Positions 28,910-38,361 of a stretch of 62,351 bases of DNA are shown piece after piece (position 1 is the stretch's first letter; each line of letters starts with the position of its first letter). Source of the DNA: Lentihominibacter sp. (GTDB lineage: Bacteria; Bacillota; Clostridia; Peptostreptococcales; Anaerovoracaceae). The stretch covers positions 1 to 62,351 of the forward strand of contig JAZNNY010000037.1 in assembly GCA_045580505.1 (NCBI GenBank). Reading direction: 5' to 3'. Below the pieces are notes generated by a model. That model worked only from the letters and a program-made list of their open reading frames with translations. It did not search any database and had not been told where the DNA came from. A program made the position numbers and the translations under genes.

Positions 28910-31336
28910 CTATTCCGCATCCTTCAAGGCGGTCGTCATCGGAATCTTCCGAATCCGGCGCGTGAGGATCAGGCTGACCAGGAAGTAGCAGACGATGCCG
29001 GTTCCGACCAGGACAGGAACGCCCCAGGGCGCGGCGTAGAAGGTCAGCCATCCGGTGAAGGACTGCATCATGGTGTAGTAGATCACCCGGATGAGCCTGA
29101 GGCCAAGTACGCCCGAAAGCACCAGGGAGATCACCACCACGATGCCCGTCGCGCTGTTATACAGATGCCCCGCCTCCCGGTTGGTGTAGCCCAGGATCTT
29201 CAGCATGGAAATGGCGTAGGCGTTGCGCTCGGCGACCATCTTGGCCAGCAGATAGACCATCAGGATGAACATGACGATCGAAAAGATCAGGAACAGCCGG
29301 AAGGCGCCGCCCATGGAATCCTCGAGCTGGTTTGACGTCGTCAGCAGGTCCTCCTCGGTAATGACCGCCGCCACCTTCGTCTCCGGAATGTCCGTCAGTT
29401 CCTCATTACTGAAATAGCCGGAGTAATAGTTGTCTTTCAGGTCGAAGACTTCCCGGAACTGGTCGATGTTCATGAAGACCGCGAGCGAAGCCGGATAATC
29501 GTACATGCCCTCCGCCGTGAAGGCGTACTTATCCGAGGTGAACTCCTCGGTGAGCACCAGGTCTGTTCCCGGCTCGATTCCGTATTTGTCAAAGTAGCTG
29601 TTGGAAAGGAGCACTTCAGTTCCCTCAAGCTCCCGGATCTTTGAAGTGTCCAGATACCGTGAATCGGGCTGTACCCCGTAGACCGTCAGACTCTCCCCGC
29701 GCTCGTTCTCCAGCGTTGTGACCGCGTACTTCTCGGCCCCGGATACCTCAGTGTCAACCTGCTCCTTCAGCATATACTGGTAAGTGCAGAATTCCGACTC
29801 CTGGATGGTGTCCTTGAACTGGTGCAGCAAAGGCAGGAATAACGAGCCGAACAGGAAGATGACGCTCGAAAGAAAGATGCCCGCAAACAAAAGCAGATAC
29901 GTCGACTTGTTCTGCAGCATCACCCGCAGGCGAAAGCGCGTCACAAAGCGGAAAGCCGGCAGCTTTACCGCTCTTCCCTGTTTTCCGCGCTTCAGGTCCC
30001 GCCGCAGGAATTTGAGCGGCGGAAGCGACAGCGACCGCCCGATGACGAGCATCTCGACCAGGATCACGAGCGCGCAGGGGATCAGGGTCGTCTTGACAAA
30101 GGCCTCCGCGCTCCAGACGGTCGTATAGGTCGGCAGCGAATAGGAATGATAATACATATTCGCCATCACGTGCTTCAAGGCGGTGTAGCCCAGCACGTTG
30201 CCCACGAGGGCTGCTGCTCCCGTCACGAGCGCGGGCAGCAGGATGTAGTGCGCGAGCAGTTCTTCCCGGGTAAACCCGGAGGCCCGCAGGGTACCGATGG
30301 TCTTCGCCTCCTGCTCAATCGTACTCCTCGTTGTGATTGCGAAGGCGAAGGCGAGAACTATGGTCACGATGTACAGGAACCATTCGAACATGATCTTGTC
30401 GCTGCCCATATCCTCCCCGGTAAACTGAATCGCCTGGTTGTCCTGCCTTGACACAAATTCATCCAGCGGCGCATCCGCCTCGATCTCGTGCAATTCGCTG
30501 CCGTCATCAAAGGCATCCGCCGACAGCAGCATGTTCCAGACCATCGGGCTCCAGGAACTGTCCGCGCCTAGCATGGAGTTCTCATATACGACCTCCATCA
30601 GGTCGTTCGCCCGCCGCCGCTGCTCATCATCGGAGAGCGACTGATCCTTGTATCTCCAGGCGTAGCAGTAAACGAGCCCGCCGCTTCCCAGCTTCTGATA
30701 CTGGGCGTCCGTCACGAGGGCGATACTGAAGGCGCTCGCATTGAACATCATGTCGGAGTTGCTTTTGAACATGGAACTGTAGTCGCCAAGCGATACGAAG
30801 CCGGTGACCTTCAGATCCTGGTCTTCGATCCTCATGACATCGCCGACCTCGACCCCGTTGTTCTCCGCAAAGAGCCGGTCGATGACGATCTCGCCCTCCC
30901 TCTCCGGAAGCCGTCCCTCCATGACATCAGCGCCGTTGATCTTCACCTCGCCGCCTTCCGAACCAGCGTCACCACCGCTGTACCGGTCCTCCTGCCGGTA
31001 GATCCGGATGGTCTTCTGCTCGCCGGCAAGTTCCGTCTGCTTATCCTTGTAGAACAGCTCGTGGAGGGTCACACCCTCATCCTCGATGTTGCGGATCGCC
31101 CGCTTGGTCAGTTTCAGGTCGCAGTTAAAATGGCCGTTTTCAATCTTGAATTTCTCGAAACTGTTGTCATAGGCCTTGATCATGCTCCCGTCCGCAACGA
31201 TAAAGCCCGAAACCAGGCCGATCATCATGGCCATAAACAAAAACAGCGCGATGTATTTCCCCAGGTCCTTTCTCAGTTCTCTGGGGATTCGCTTCATCAG
31301 CGGGTTCTTCCGGGATGTCCTGCCTTTGCCTCTCAT
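28910..31336 (-). CDS. FtsX/MacB-like ABC permease
   Basis: IGTLRASG and ISMLKILGY motifs; two large extracellular loops. Confidence 0.9.
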   Translation of the reverse strand: MRGKGRTSRKNPLMKRIPRELRKDLGKYIALFLFMAMMIGLVSGFIVADGSMIKAYDNSFEKFKIENGHFNCDLKLTKRAIRNIEDEGVTLHELFYKDKQTELAGEQKTIRIYRQEDRYSGGDAGSEGGEVKINGADVMEGRLPEREGEIVIDRLFAENNGVEVGDVMRIEDQDLKVTGFVSLGDYSSMFKSNSDMMFNASAFSIALVTDAQYQKLGSGGLVYCYAWRYKDQSLSDDEQRRRANDLMEVVYENSMLGADSSWSPMVWNMLLSADAFDDGSELHEIEADAPLDEFVSRQDNQAIQFTGEDMGSDKIMFEWFLYIVTIVLAFAFAITTRSTIEQEAKTIGTLRASGFTREELLAHYILLPALVTGAAALVGNVLGYTALKHVMANMYYHSYSLPTYTTVWSAEAFVKTTLIPCALVILVEMLVIGRSLSLPPLKFLRRDLKRGKQGRAVKLPAFRFVTRFRLRVMLQNKSTYLLLFAGIFLSSVIFLFGSLFLPLLHQFKDTIQESEFCTYQYMLKEQVDTEVSGAEKYAVTTLENERGESLTVYGVQPDSRYLDTSKIRELEGTEVLLSNSYFDKYGIEPGTDLVLTEEFTSDKYAFTAEGMYDYPASLAVFMNIDQFREVFDLKDNYYSGYFSNEELTDIPETKVAAVITEEDLLTTSNQLEDSMGGAFRLFLIFSIVMFILMVYLLAKMVAERNAYAISMLKILGYTNREAGHLYNSATGIVVVISLVLSGVLGLRLIRVIYYTMMQSFTGWLTFYAAPWGVPVLVGTGIVCYFLVSLILTRRIRKIPMTTALKDAE

Positions 31337-31337
31337 G

Positions 31338-32036
31338 CTACCACTCCAGATCTGCCGCCGGCGTCTTCGTCTCGTTGTTGTATTCCCTGCGGATCTGGCC
31401 GTCCTTTAAGATCACGACCTTGTCGGCCATCTCCTTGATCGCGTCGTTGTGGGTCACCAGGACCACGGTGCTCCCGTACTTGCGGTTGACCTCCTCGATC
31501 AGGGCCAGGATCTCCTTCGACGTCTTGTAGTCCAGCGCGCCCGTCGGCTCATCGCAGAGCAGAATGTCCGGGTTCTTGATGATAGCCCGCCCGATGGCGG
31601 TCCGCTGCTGCTGCCCGCCGGAGATCTGATTGGGCAGCTTGTTCCTGTGCTCTGCGAGGCCCAGCGTCTCGATCAGGTCATCGAGCTGCAAAGGCTGGTC
31701 AGACAGGTACGCCCCCACTTCGATGTTCTCCTGGACGGTGAGGTTCGGGATCAGGTTATAGGACTGGAACACGTAGCCGAGGTGCTGCCGCCGGTACCTG
31801 GAAAGCGCTTTCTCGTTCATGTGCTCGATGGTGTCGCCGCCGATGCTGACGCTGCCGCTGTCTACGGTCTCGATCCCGCCCAGAATGTTGAGCAGCGTGG
31901 ACTTGCCCGAGCCGGACGGCCCCAGCAGTACGCAGATCTTCCCCCGGTCCAGCCCCAGTGAAATCCCCTTCAGCACTTGCGTGCGACTGCCGCTCTCCCC
32001 GTAGGATTTCGTGATGTCTTTCAGTTCCAGATACAT
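31338..32036 (-). CDS. ABC ATPase (LolD/MacB-like)
   Basis: [24 protein letters not shown]. Confidence 0.95.
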   Translation of the reverse strand: MYLELKDITKSYGESGSRTQVLKGISLGLDRGKICVLLGPSGSGKSTLLNILGGIETVDSGSVSIGGDTIEHMNEKALSRYRRQHLGYVFQSYNLIPNLTVQENIEVGAYLSDQPLQLDDLIETLGLAEHRNKLPNQISGGQQQRTAIGRAIIKNPDILLCDEPTGALDYKTSKEILALIEEVNRKYGSTVVLVTHNDAIKEMADKVVILKDGQIRREYNNETKTPAADLEW

Positions 32037-32054
32037 GTGCCTAGTCCTCTTCCC

Positions 32055-32109
32055 GTGGTTAGTTTGCCTTAACTAACCACATTCTACAGGAGGACCTGCT
32101 TTTTGTCAA
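32055..32109 (-). promoter_or_regulatory. Promoter plus palindromic operator of the ABC exporter
   Basis: TTGACA-N17-TAGAAT (32081-32109) then GTGGTTAGTT-N6-AACTAACCAC (32055-32080). Confidence 0.75.
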
Positions 32110-32126
32110 CTTTTGAACGCCCGAAC

Positions 32127-32155
32127 TTGACATTAAACCCCTTTATTGGTAAAAT
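32127..32155 (+). promoter_or_regulatory. Sigma-A promoter
   Basis: TTGACA-N17-TAAAAT. Confidence 0.7.
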
Positions 32156-32220
32156 ATGTCTGCTTTGGAGGCGCTTGCAGGGACTAGCAGGCATCCCGGA
32201 GACCTTAAAAGCATGGGGCA

Positions 32221-32370
32221 TGGGGCTGCTCCTGTATTTCCTTGGGTCTTTAGTCCCATGCCTTTTCCTAAAGCAGCCCCATAGCTCGGGTCAGCAAGCC
32301 TCCGGTTCTGGGTCTGATATTAGCAAACCCATGGGTCTTTAGACCCATACGTTTCAGGGAATAAGACCCA
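32221..32370. repeat. Two nested-palindrome units of about 61 bp
   Basis: Outer IRs TGGGGCTGCT/AGCAGCCCCA and TGGGTCT/AGACCCA, each around a central TGGGTCTTTAG(T/A)CCCA. Confidence 0.7.
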
Positions 32371-32407
32371 GAGGCGAAATCGGCAATTTCAGAAAGGGGA
32401 AAAGCAA

Positions 32408-33082
32408 ATGGCAAGCAGGTTCATGGAAGAGATAAAAATCGAACAGAAGCGAATTCAGAGGCTCATCTCAATTAGCGCCCAGAAGGATTTCTCTGGTCTT
32501 GGATCACTTTCTCTGTCCGAACGTGGGAACCAAACCTATGCCTATGAGAGGTGGCAGAGAAAGGGAAGAAACAAGACCAAGGAATACCTTGGCAATGTAC
32601 ATTCCCAGAAGGTGCGCCAGCATATCGCTGATAAAATAACCTCTGTCCGGCTGCCCATTCTCCTGCAGAATCAGAAACTGCTCCAGAAACTGGAGCAGAA
32701 ATACAAAGATGATAGCTGTCAGGCTATCCTTTCTGGCTTGTCTAAGGACTACCGCAAGGCAGCCAGGGAGAACAGTTTCAATGAGCGTTACGAAAAAATC
32801 AAGGCATGGGCCAATGAGCCATATGAGAAGAACCCCTACCCTTTCCCCGACTCCAAGAACTATGCGAAGGATGGGACGCTCATCATCATCGAGCATCTGG
32901 GAAAGCTGGGCAATCTGGGATACGCGATCGACTTCGGTGAGCGCTGCCACTGGTTTCTTCAGGAGGATTTCATCCTCGGCAAAAACTTTTTCGTTACCAG
33001 CGATGATAAGAACTTCGGCACCGACAGCGCCATGATCGCGAAGCTCGTCGACCGGATCGAGCGGATGTTCTACGGCTACTGA
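32408..33082 (+). CDS. Hypothetical protein, possibly an internally deleted PD-(D/E)XK-like family member
   Basis: W....Y..NP...DG runs directly into IIIEHLG.L....Y; AAAGGGA RBS. Confidence 0.5.
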   Translation: MASRFMEEIKIEQKRIQRLISISAQKDFSGLGSLSLSERGNQTYAYERWQRKGRNKTKEYLGNVHSQKVRQHIADKITSVRLPILLQNQKLLQKLEQKYKDDSCQAILSGLSKDYRKAARENSFNERYEKIKAWANEPYEKNPYPFPDSKNYAKDGTLIIIEHLGKLGNLGYAIDFGERCHWFLQEDFILGKNFFVTSDDKNFGTDSAMIAKLVDRIERMFYGY

Positions 33083-33114
33083 GCCCGCCTACAGTCTACG
33101 GCCTACACAGCAGC

Positions 33115-34122
33115 CTACAGCCCTACATACTCTGCGTACACTGCCCGGGCCTTGGCCTCGTCCGAGGTTCCGCCGATGATGGCGCGGCCATCGGCAAAGA
33201 GTTTGATCTGGTAGGCCCCGGTGTCCAGGTCCACCGTAAAACGACCCCGCTTCAAAGAGCCGAGTTTCTCCCAGCGCGAGGCGACCTCATCAAAATCCAC
33301 AGCGGAAGGCGTTTCCGGCGAAATCTGCACCGCATCCCTTCCGCAAAGGCTGGCTGCCTGGCTTCCGCCGCCCTTGCCGTAGTACCTGTATTCCCCGCGC
33401 CCGCAGACCGGACACTCAGGATTGCGGACCACTTCCATCTCGTCGAACTCGTTGTTCCAGATATCAAAGGCGAGCAGGGTCCGCCGTACATCGGGAGATC
33501 CGATCAGAATCTTAACCGCCTCCGTGCACTGAATCGAGGAGACGATCGAAGTAAGCATTCCCAGAACGCCCGCCGTGGCGCAGGTCTCCCCGTCCGGAAC
33601 CGATTCTCCGAACATGCAGTGATAACAGGGGGCATCCTCTCCCGGCAGGATATTCATGGTCATCCCGTAGGAGGCCAGCGCTCCGCCGTAGATCCAGGGC
33701 TTTCCCAGCGCGTGACAGGCCTCGTTCAGGAGCAGGCGCACTTCCACATTGTCCGTGGCGTCGATCACCAGGTCAACGTCCTCGATCAACCCCCTGATAT
33801 TGCCGCCGTTCACATGGGCGATCACCGGCTCCAGCTCGATCTCCGAGTTGATCTCCGCCAGGTGCTCCGCACAGGCAATCGCCTTCGGTGCGGCTTCCAA
33901 CGCATCCTGCTCCGTATAGAGCATCTGCCGCTGCAGATTGGAACACTCCACATAGTCGCGGTCGACAAGGCGCAGGAAACCAACGCCGGCGCGCGCCAAA
34001 AGATTGGCCGAGGCGCTCCCCAAAGCGCCGAGGCCGACCACGCACACACGGCTTGCCAGCAGTTTTTCCTGCCCGGCTTCACCTACTCCGAAAAATGCTT
34101 CCTGCCTGGAATAGCGTTCCAT
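33115..34122 (-). CDS. moeB: MoeB/ThiF-family adenylyltransferase
   Basis: RYSRQ, GLGALGS, DRD.VE.SNLQRQ, CYHC and CPVC Zn sites; in operon with moaD. Confidence 0.85.
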   Translation of the reverse strand: MERYSRQEAFFGVGEAGQEKLLASRVCVVGLGALGSASANLLARAGVGFLRLVDRDYVECSNLQRQMLYTEQDALEAAPKAIACAEHLAEINSEIELEPVIAHVNGGNIRGLIEDVDLVIDATDNVEVRLLLNEACHALGKPWIYGGALASYGMTMNILPGEDAPCYHCMFGESVPDGETCATAGVLGMLTSIVSSIQCTEAVKILIGSPDVRRTLLAFDIWNNEFDEMEVVRNPECPVCGRGEYRYYGKGGGSQAASLCGRDAVQISPETPSAVDFDEVASRWEKLGSLKRGRFTVDLDTGAYQIKLFADGRAIIGGTSDEAKARAVYAEYVGL

Positions 34123-34171
34123 AGAATCTCCTCCCAATGCCGGTCCCGCATCGTCTGACGCAGCTACCGGC

Positions 34172-34339
34172 TTATTTCTCCCGGATCTCGATCGTTACGT
34201 CCATGCCCTCTTCGTAGCCCTTCAGGGTCTTCACGAGGCCGAGCACGGTCTCCTTCACGATCGCTTCCACAAACGGAACCATGGGGACGTCTTCCCCGTC
34301 AAACTTCAGGACCAGATCCTTTTCTCCGGCTTCTTTCAT
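34172..34339 (-). CDS. 55-aa protein resembling the C-terminal domain of clostridial MobB (absent from the ORF track)
   Basis: MKEAGEKDLVLKFDGEDVPMVPFVEAIVKETVLGLVKTLKGYEEGMDVTIEIREK; ATGA overlap with the mobB stop. Confidence 0.75.
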   Translation of the reverse strand: MKEAGEKDLVLKFDGEDVPMVPFVEAIVKETVLGLVKTLKGYEEGMDVTIEIREK

Positions 34340-34827
34340 AGCTGCGTGCTCCTTTCTTCAATCAGGTCGACCAGTGCCGCCACATCCTTCGTGGCATCGA
34401 TCACCGGCAGCCCGTCATACTTGCTCATTTCCCCTGAGATGATCCCGGAAAAGCCGATGGTGTTTTCGTCCCTGCGCTCATCCAGCTGCTCAGGACTCTT
34501 CCCACACACGATATTGGCAAACCCCATCCCGTCTTCTCCCTCGGATACCAGGAAGTCTTCCTCGTACAGGTGGATCACATCCGCGAGCTCCACCCGGCGC
34601 TGGAACAGCACATCCGTCTCCCCGTTTCCGATGATGATGACCGTGGATGCGCCTGCCTTTGCATGGCGGTAGCTGTCCGTGCCCGGGGTGTCAATGGCAA
34701 ACTCCGGGAAGTGCGTGTTCTTCAGGCTTCCGACCGAATATCCGCGCCGCGCCAGTTCCTCGATGACCAGCGTGCAGGTGGTCGTCTTGCCGGTCTTCTT
34801 GAATCCTTTGATCGTGATGGCTCTCAT
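34336..34827 (-). CDS. mobB: Molybdopterin-guanine dinucleotide biosynthesis protein B
   Basis: G.KKTGKTT, RGYSVGS.K..H, D.PGTDS.RH..AGA. Confidence 0.9.
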   Translation of the reverse strand: MRAITIKGFKKTGKTTTCTLVIEELARRGYSVGSLKNTHFPEFAIDTPGTDSYRHAKAGASTVIIIGNGETDVLFQRRVELADVIHLYEEDFLVSEGEDGMGFANIVCGKSPEQLDERRDENTIGFSGIISGEMSKYDGLPVIDATKDVAALVDLIEERSTQL

Positions 34828-34830
34828 ATT

Positions 34831-35070
34831 TTAGCCCCCCGACACCTGCGACCAGGCCTTCAGCTCATCGCCCTCCTCCAGGCGGTCGTAGATGAAACAG
34901 CGCTTGCCGTTGCGCACGACAAATCCGAACCGCGGAATCTCCCGGTAGTTCATGCCGATGCACTGCAGCGCCTCATCGCACGTGCAGTTGTCCGGCACCT
35001 CGACGATGCGGAATTCCTCGCCGGGCATGTATTTTTTCAGCGTTCCGCGCATTGTGATCTTGATTTTCAT
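34831..35070 (-). CDS. moaD: MoaD/ThiS sulfur carrier
   Basis: 79 aa beta-grasp ending L.EGDEL.....VSGG. Confidence 0.85.
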   Translation of the reverse strand: MKIKITMRGTLKKYMPGEEFRIVEVPDNCTCDEALQCIGMNYREIPRFGFVVRNGKRCFIYDRLEEGDELKAWSQVSGG

Positions 35071-35172
35071 ATTCGTAGCCCTCCCGGCTTCATTTTATCA
35101 CATCCCGCAAAAGCAGGAAAGGCTGCAGAGAATCTCCCTGCAGCCGTTTCGTCTCATGTGATCAGCTCACTT

Positions 35173-36939
35173 TTACAGCTCGTCGAGCATAGCCTGCGGC
35201 AGGCATCCGTTCTCATCCCAGCCCATGATCTCATAGTACTGGCTGAGCATATCCTGGAAGCCTTCCTTGGTCATAACCTGACCGTCTGCCGGACCGCCCT
35301 TCAGCGGATCCTTGAAGAGTCTCTCCGGAACCACGTCATGCTCGCGGGTGAAGCCCTCTCTCTGGTTGAAGGCACGGCCGATGTTGAGGACTCTGCGTCC
35401 GACAACGCCCATCTCCTCCTCGGTCCACTCGCGGCCGGTGATCAGCGTCAGCAGCTCTGCCATGATGGCATAATCTACTGTACCCCAAAGGTCGCACAGG
35501 CAGCAGGAGAACTTGATGGCGTTGAATTCGCCCAGATCATAGAGGACCTGGCCCTTGCCTTCGTGGGTGTACGGCGGGCAGGATGCTTCGAAGACTTCCT
35601 CGTTCGCCGTGTAGGACCGCATGTGGCAGGCGCCGCGGTCGGATACAGCGTAGGAAGCTGCCATGCCGAAGGAGCCACGCGGCTCATACTGCGGGAATTC
35701 CAGTCCCTTGGAGTGCATCGCGAAGTCGGTGCCGCCCCACTTCTCGGAAGCGACCTTGACGCCGTCCGCCAGTTCCGCGCCCTCGCCTCTTCTGTAGGCC
35801 ATATCCTTCAGAATGGCGATCATTTCTTCTTCGTTGCCGAAGTGGACGCCGAAGTCGTGGATGCCCTTCTCGGCCATCTCCATCGCCCATGCTACGGTGA
35901 CGCCGGCACTGATGGAGTCCATACCCAGATCATCGACGACCTGGTTGAACCGGACGTTGTGCTCGATGCTGACGATGTCGCACTGCGGGCCGGATGCCGC
36001 CGTGGTCTCGTATTCCGGACCCTCGACGATCGCATCGCCGACCTTCATGAAGTTGCCGCAGCCGAGGCCGCAGGATCCGCAGCCACGCTTGCCCAGGCGG
36101 TATTTCTTCATGACCGCGCCGTTGTACTTATCCCAGTTGACGTCGGTCGCCGCGCTGAAGTTGTGCGCCGGCAGGATGCCGCCGTCGTTACAGGCCTCGA
36201 GGAAGGCGTAGGTACCTTCGTCGAAGACGAACTCGTTGTCTTCGGAGAGGCAGTTCTCATGGAAGATCTCCAGGATTCTGTCGGTCGTCTCCTTGATATT
36301 CGGAACCTTGACGCCCTGGGTGCCCTTGATCAGGATCGCCTTGAGCTTCTTGCTTCCCATGACAGCGCCGATGCCTCCGCGGCCGGCCTGTCTGTAGTAG
36401 TCACTGTTGATGCAGGAGATGTAGTTCAGATTCTCTCCCGCAGGTCCGATGGAAAGGCAGCTGTACTCAGTGCCGTACTCTTCGATCAGGGCCTTCTCCG
36501 CCTCGTGGGAGGTCTTGCCCCAGAGGTCCGAAGCATCGTGGAAGGTGATCTTGTCATCCTCGATCACGATGTAGGACGGCTTGTCCATCTGTCCCTCGAA
36601 TACGACCATGTCGTATCCTGCGAACTTGAGCCGGATGCCGGCGTGACCGCCGATGGAGCAGTCGTTCATGGTTCCCGTTGCCGGGGACTTGGCCGCTACG
36701 GACAGTTTGCCGGAGCATGGAATCGGGGTACCTGTCATCGGTCCCGTGGTCAGATAGAGGTTGTTCTCCGGTCCGAGCGGGTCGATGCCGGGCTTCATGT
36801 CTTCGTACATGTAGCGGATGGCCAGGCCCTTGGATCCAACGTATTTCTCAGCGAACTCCATGTTCAGGGGTTCGGTTCTCGTTTCCTGTTTCGTGCAGTC
36901 GATGCGCAGCACCTTGTTCTGATATGCAGACATAATCAT
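35173..36939 (-). CDS. aor: Aldehyde:ferredoxin oxidoreductase (tungsten AOR family)
   Basis: KSPATG, AGRGG.GAVMGSK.LKA, CxxCxxxC, EGPEYET, D.LGMD.IS, SDRGACH. Confidence 0.95.
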   Translation of the reverse strand: MIMSAYQNKVLRIDCTKQETRTEPLNMEFAEKYVGSKGLAIRYMYEDMKPGIDPLGPENNLYLTTGPMTGTPIPCSGKLSVAAKSPATGTMNDCSIGGHAGIRLKFAGYDMVVFEGQMDKPSYIVIEDDKITFHDASDLWGKTSHEAEKALIEEYGTEYSCLSIGPAGENLNYISCINSDYYRQAGRGGIGAVMGSKKLKAILIKGTQGVKVPNIKETTDRILEIFHENCLSEDNEFVFDEGTYAFLEACNDGGILPAHNFSAATDVNWDKYNGAVMKKYRLGKRGCGSCGLGCGNFMKVGDAIVEGPEYETTAASGPQCDIVSIEHNVRFNQVVDDLGMDSISAGVTVAWAMEMAEKGIHDFGVHFGNEEEMIAILKDMAYRRGEGAELADGVKVASEKWGGTDFAMHSKGLEFPQYEPRGSFGMAASYAVSDRGACHMRSYTANEEVFEASCPPYTHEGKGQVLYDLGEFNAIKFSCCLCDLWGTVDYAIMAELLTLITGREWTEEEMGVVGRRVLNIGRAFNQREGFTREHDVVPERLFKDPLKGGPADGQVMTKEGFQDMLSQYYEIMGWDENGCLPQAMLDEL

Positions 36940-36952
36940 TCCAAGCCACCTC

Positions 36953-37348
36953 CTATTCAAACGTCAGGGCGCCGTGCGGGCAAGCCTTGACACAGTTCGG
37001 ATCGCCTTCGCAGGTGTCGCAGATGTAAGCAAACTTCTCGCGGATCTGGACCACATGCTTCGGGCACTTCTTAGCGCAGAGACCGCAGCCCTTGCACTTC
37101 TCCGGATCAACGTGGATCCAGCCATTGTCCATATCGATGGCATCGAACGGGCACGCCTTCATGCACATCCCGCACAGGATGCAGTAATTGTCGATGTACT
37201 TCAGTGAGCCGTCATCATAGCATGTCTCGATCGCGATCCGCGCCTTGGAAGGAATGTACTCACCCTCCTTGTAAGCGGAGCAGACCTGCGAACACAGCTG
37301 GCACCCGATACAAAGCGCCTTCTTGAATTTCAAACGTTTCGTCGCCAT
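36953..37348 (-). CDS. 4Fe-4S dicluster electron-transfer subunit of AOR
   Basis: Four Cys-cluster motifs; GGGAGAGG RBS before ATG 37348. Confidence 0.92.
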   Translation of the reverse strand: MATKRLKFKKALCIGCQLCSQVCSAYKEGEYIPSKARIAIETCYDDGSLKYIDNYCILCGMCMKACPFDAIDMDNGWIHVDPEKCKGCGLCAKKCPKHVVQIREKFAYICDTCEGDPNCVKACPHGALTFE

Positions 37349-37436
37349 AGCTTCCTCTCCCTTATTAAAAAACATTGTCCTTTTGCTCTGCCTCGTGCCC
37401 CCTGCCAGTAAACAAAAAAGCAAAGGGAACCAGACG

Positions 37437-37527
37437 GTCTCCTTTGCGCACTGGCGGGCTCCGGAATCACTCCCGAAACCTATCGCTCTGACCGGCACGC
37501 CGCGCGTGTCGAGAAAGAGTCGGAGTC
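37437..37527 (-). ncRNA. Variant Moco/Tuco-like riboswitch candidate upstream of the AOR operon
   Basis: CUCCGA...GACAC..UGCCGGU..CGAUAGG..GAGUGAUUC..CCGCC-N5-GCAAAGGAG; homologous to 55315-55400. Confidence 0.7.
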
Positions 37528-37536
37528 TTTTAATAC

Positions 37537-37565
37537 ATTATAAGATATTTTTATGATAATGGCAA
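37537..37565 (-). promoter_or_regulatory. Sigma-A promoter of the AOR operon
   Basis: TTGCCA-N17-TATAAT about 10 nt before the RNA element. Confidence 0.75.
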
Positions 37566-37580
37566 AACTTTTTTGCCTTC

Positions 37581-38069
37581 TCAGTCCTCGAGTTCGATCT
37601 TTTCCACCATCCGGATCCAGTAAGCGGAGTCCGATTCCGGAATGATGATCCGCACCGGGGCTTCCTCCTCCCCCAGCGGCTGCCCGTCGATTCCGAAGGC
37701 CAGGATGATGTCCTCGCTTCCAAGCACATCCGGTCCCAGTTTCACATCGTACTCGTCCTTAGCATAGATATGAATCTTCTTCACATCCGCCTGGCTCATC
37801 CCGAACTGGCTCAGCACCGTGTCCAGTGTCGGCCCGGTCGCCCGGACCACCCCGATCTTATCGCTCGTGCTCTCGGTCTTCTTCGTCACGCAGTCCATGG
37901 CCTTCAGGTCGGCGATGGTCAGCGTAATGTCATCGTCCGTAATCCCCGTCAGGGTGATCGTCTCGTTCTCATATCCCGAGATGTCGATGTCATCCGTGCC
38001 GCAGCCGCTCATGCAAAGGCAGGCCACCCCCAGCAGGACCGCCAGGATCAGTTTATTCCTCAACCACAT
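37581..38069 (-). CDS. Lipoprotein with one sulfite-oxidase-type molybdopterin-binding-like domain
   Basis: Lipobox ..MSGC; LTIADLKAM, G.TL..VL, AKDEY, ILAFGIDGQPL...PVRIII, WIRMVEKIE. Confidence 0.75.
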   Translation of the reverse strand: MWLRNKLILAVLLGVACLCMSGCGTDDIDISGYENETITLTGITDDDITLTIADLKAMDCVTKKTESTSDKIGVVRATGPTLDTVLSQFGMSQADVKKIHIYAKDEYDVKLGPDVLGSEDIILAFGIDGQPLGEEEAPVRIIIPESDSAYWIRMVEKIELED

Positions 38070-38361
38070 AGTACTTCCCCGTCTTCGGGTCCTGATAGAC
38101 CCGTCCCATATCCTTGAGATCTTCGGTCACCTCGGCGTCCTCTTCCACAGACTGGCCGATGTTATCAACCTCGTATTTCACTTCCTGCTTCTGAATCTCT
38201 CCGGTCTCGCTCACGTTCACATTCCAGCTGATGATCAGTGCCAGGAGCAGCCCGCATGCGAAAACCAGCATGGCGTCCGCCATGTTGCCCACGCCCTCCA
38301 TGGGGGAGAAGTCCTCACCGAGTTCCTTCATACGGAAGCTTTTATTGCTGTCCATCTTCAT
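38053..38361 (-). CDS. DUF2149-family protein (ExbD/MotB-like), copy 1
   Basis: EDFSPMEGVGNMADAMLVFACGL identical to copy 2. Confidence 0.85.
   Translation of the reverse strand: MKMDSNKSFRMKELGEDFSPMEGVGNMADAMLVFACGLLLALIISWNVNVSETGEIQKQEVKYEVDNIGQSVEEDAEVTEDLKDMGRVYQDPKTGKYYVVEE

Noticed and set aside
34336-34339. Possible selenocysteine read-through of the mobB UGA
   Set aside because: The downstream coding sequence is in another frame (ATGA overlap) and the mobB frame hits another UGA within 10 codons. No convincing Sec-interrupted gene was noticed elsewhere.
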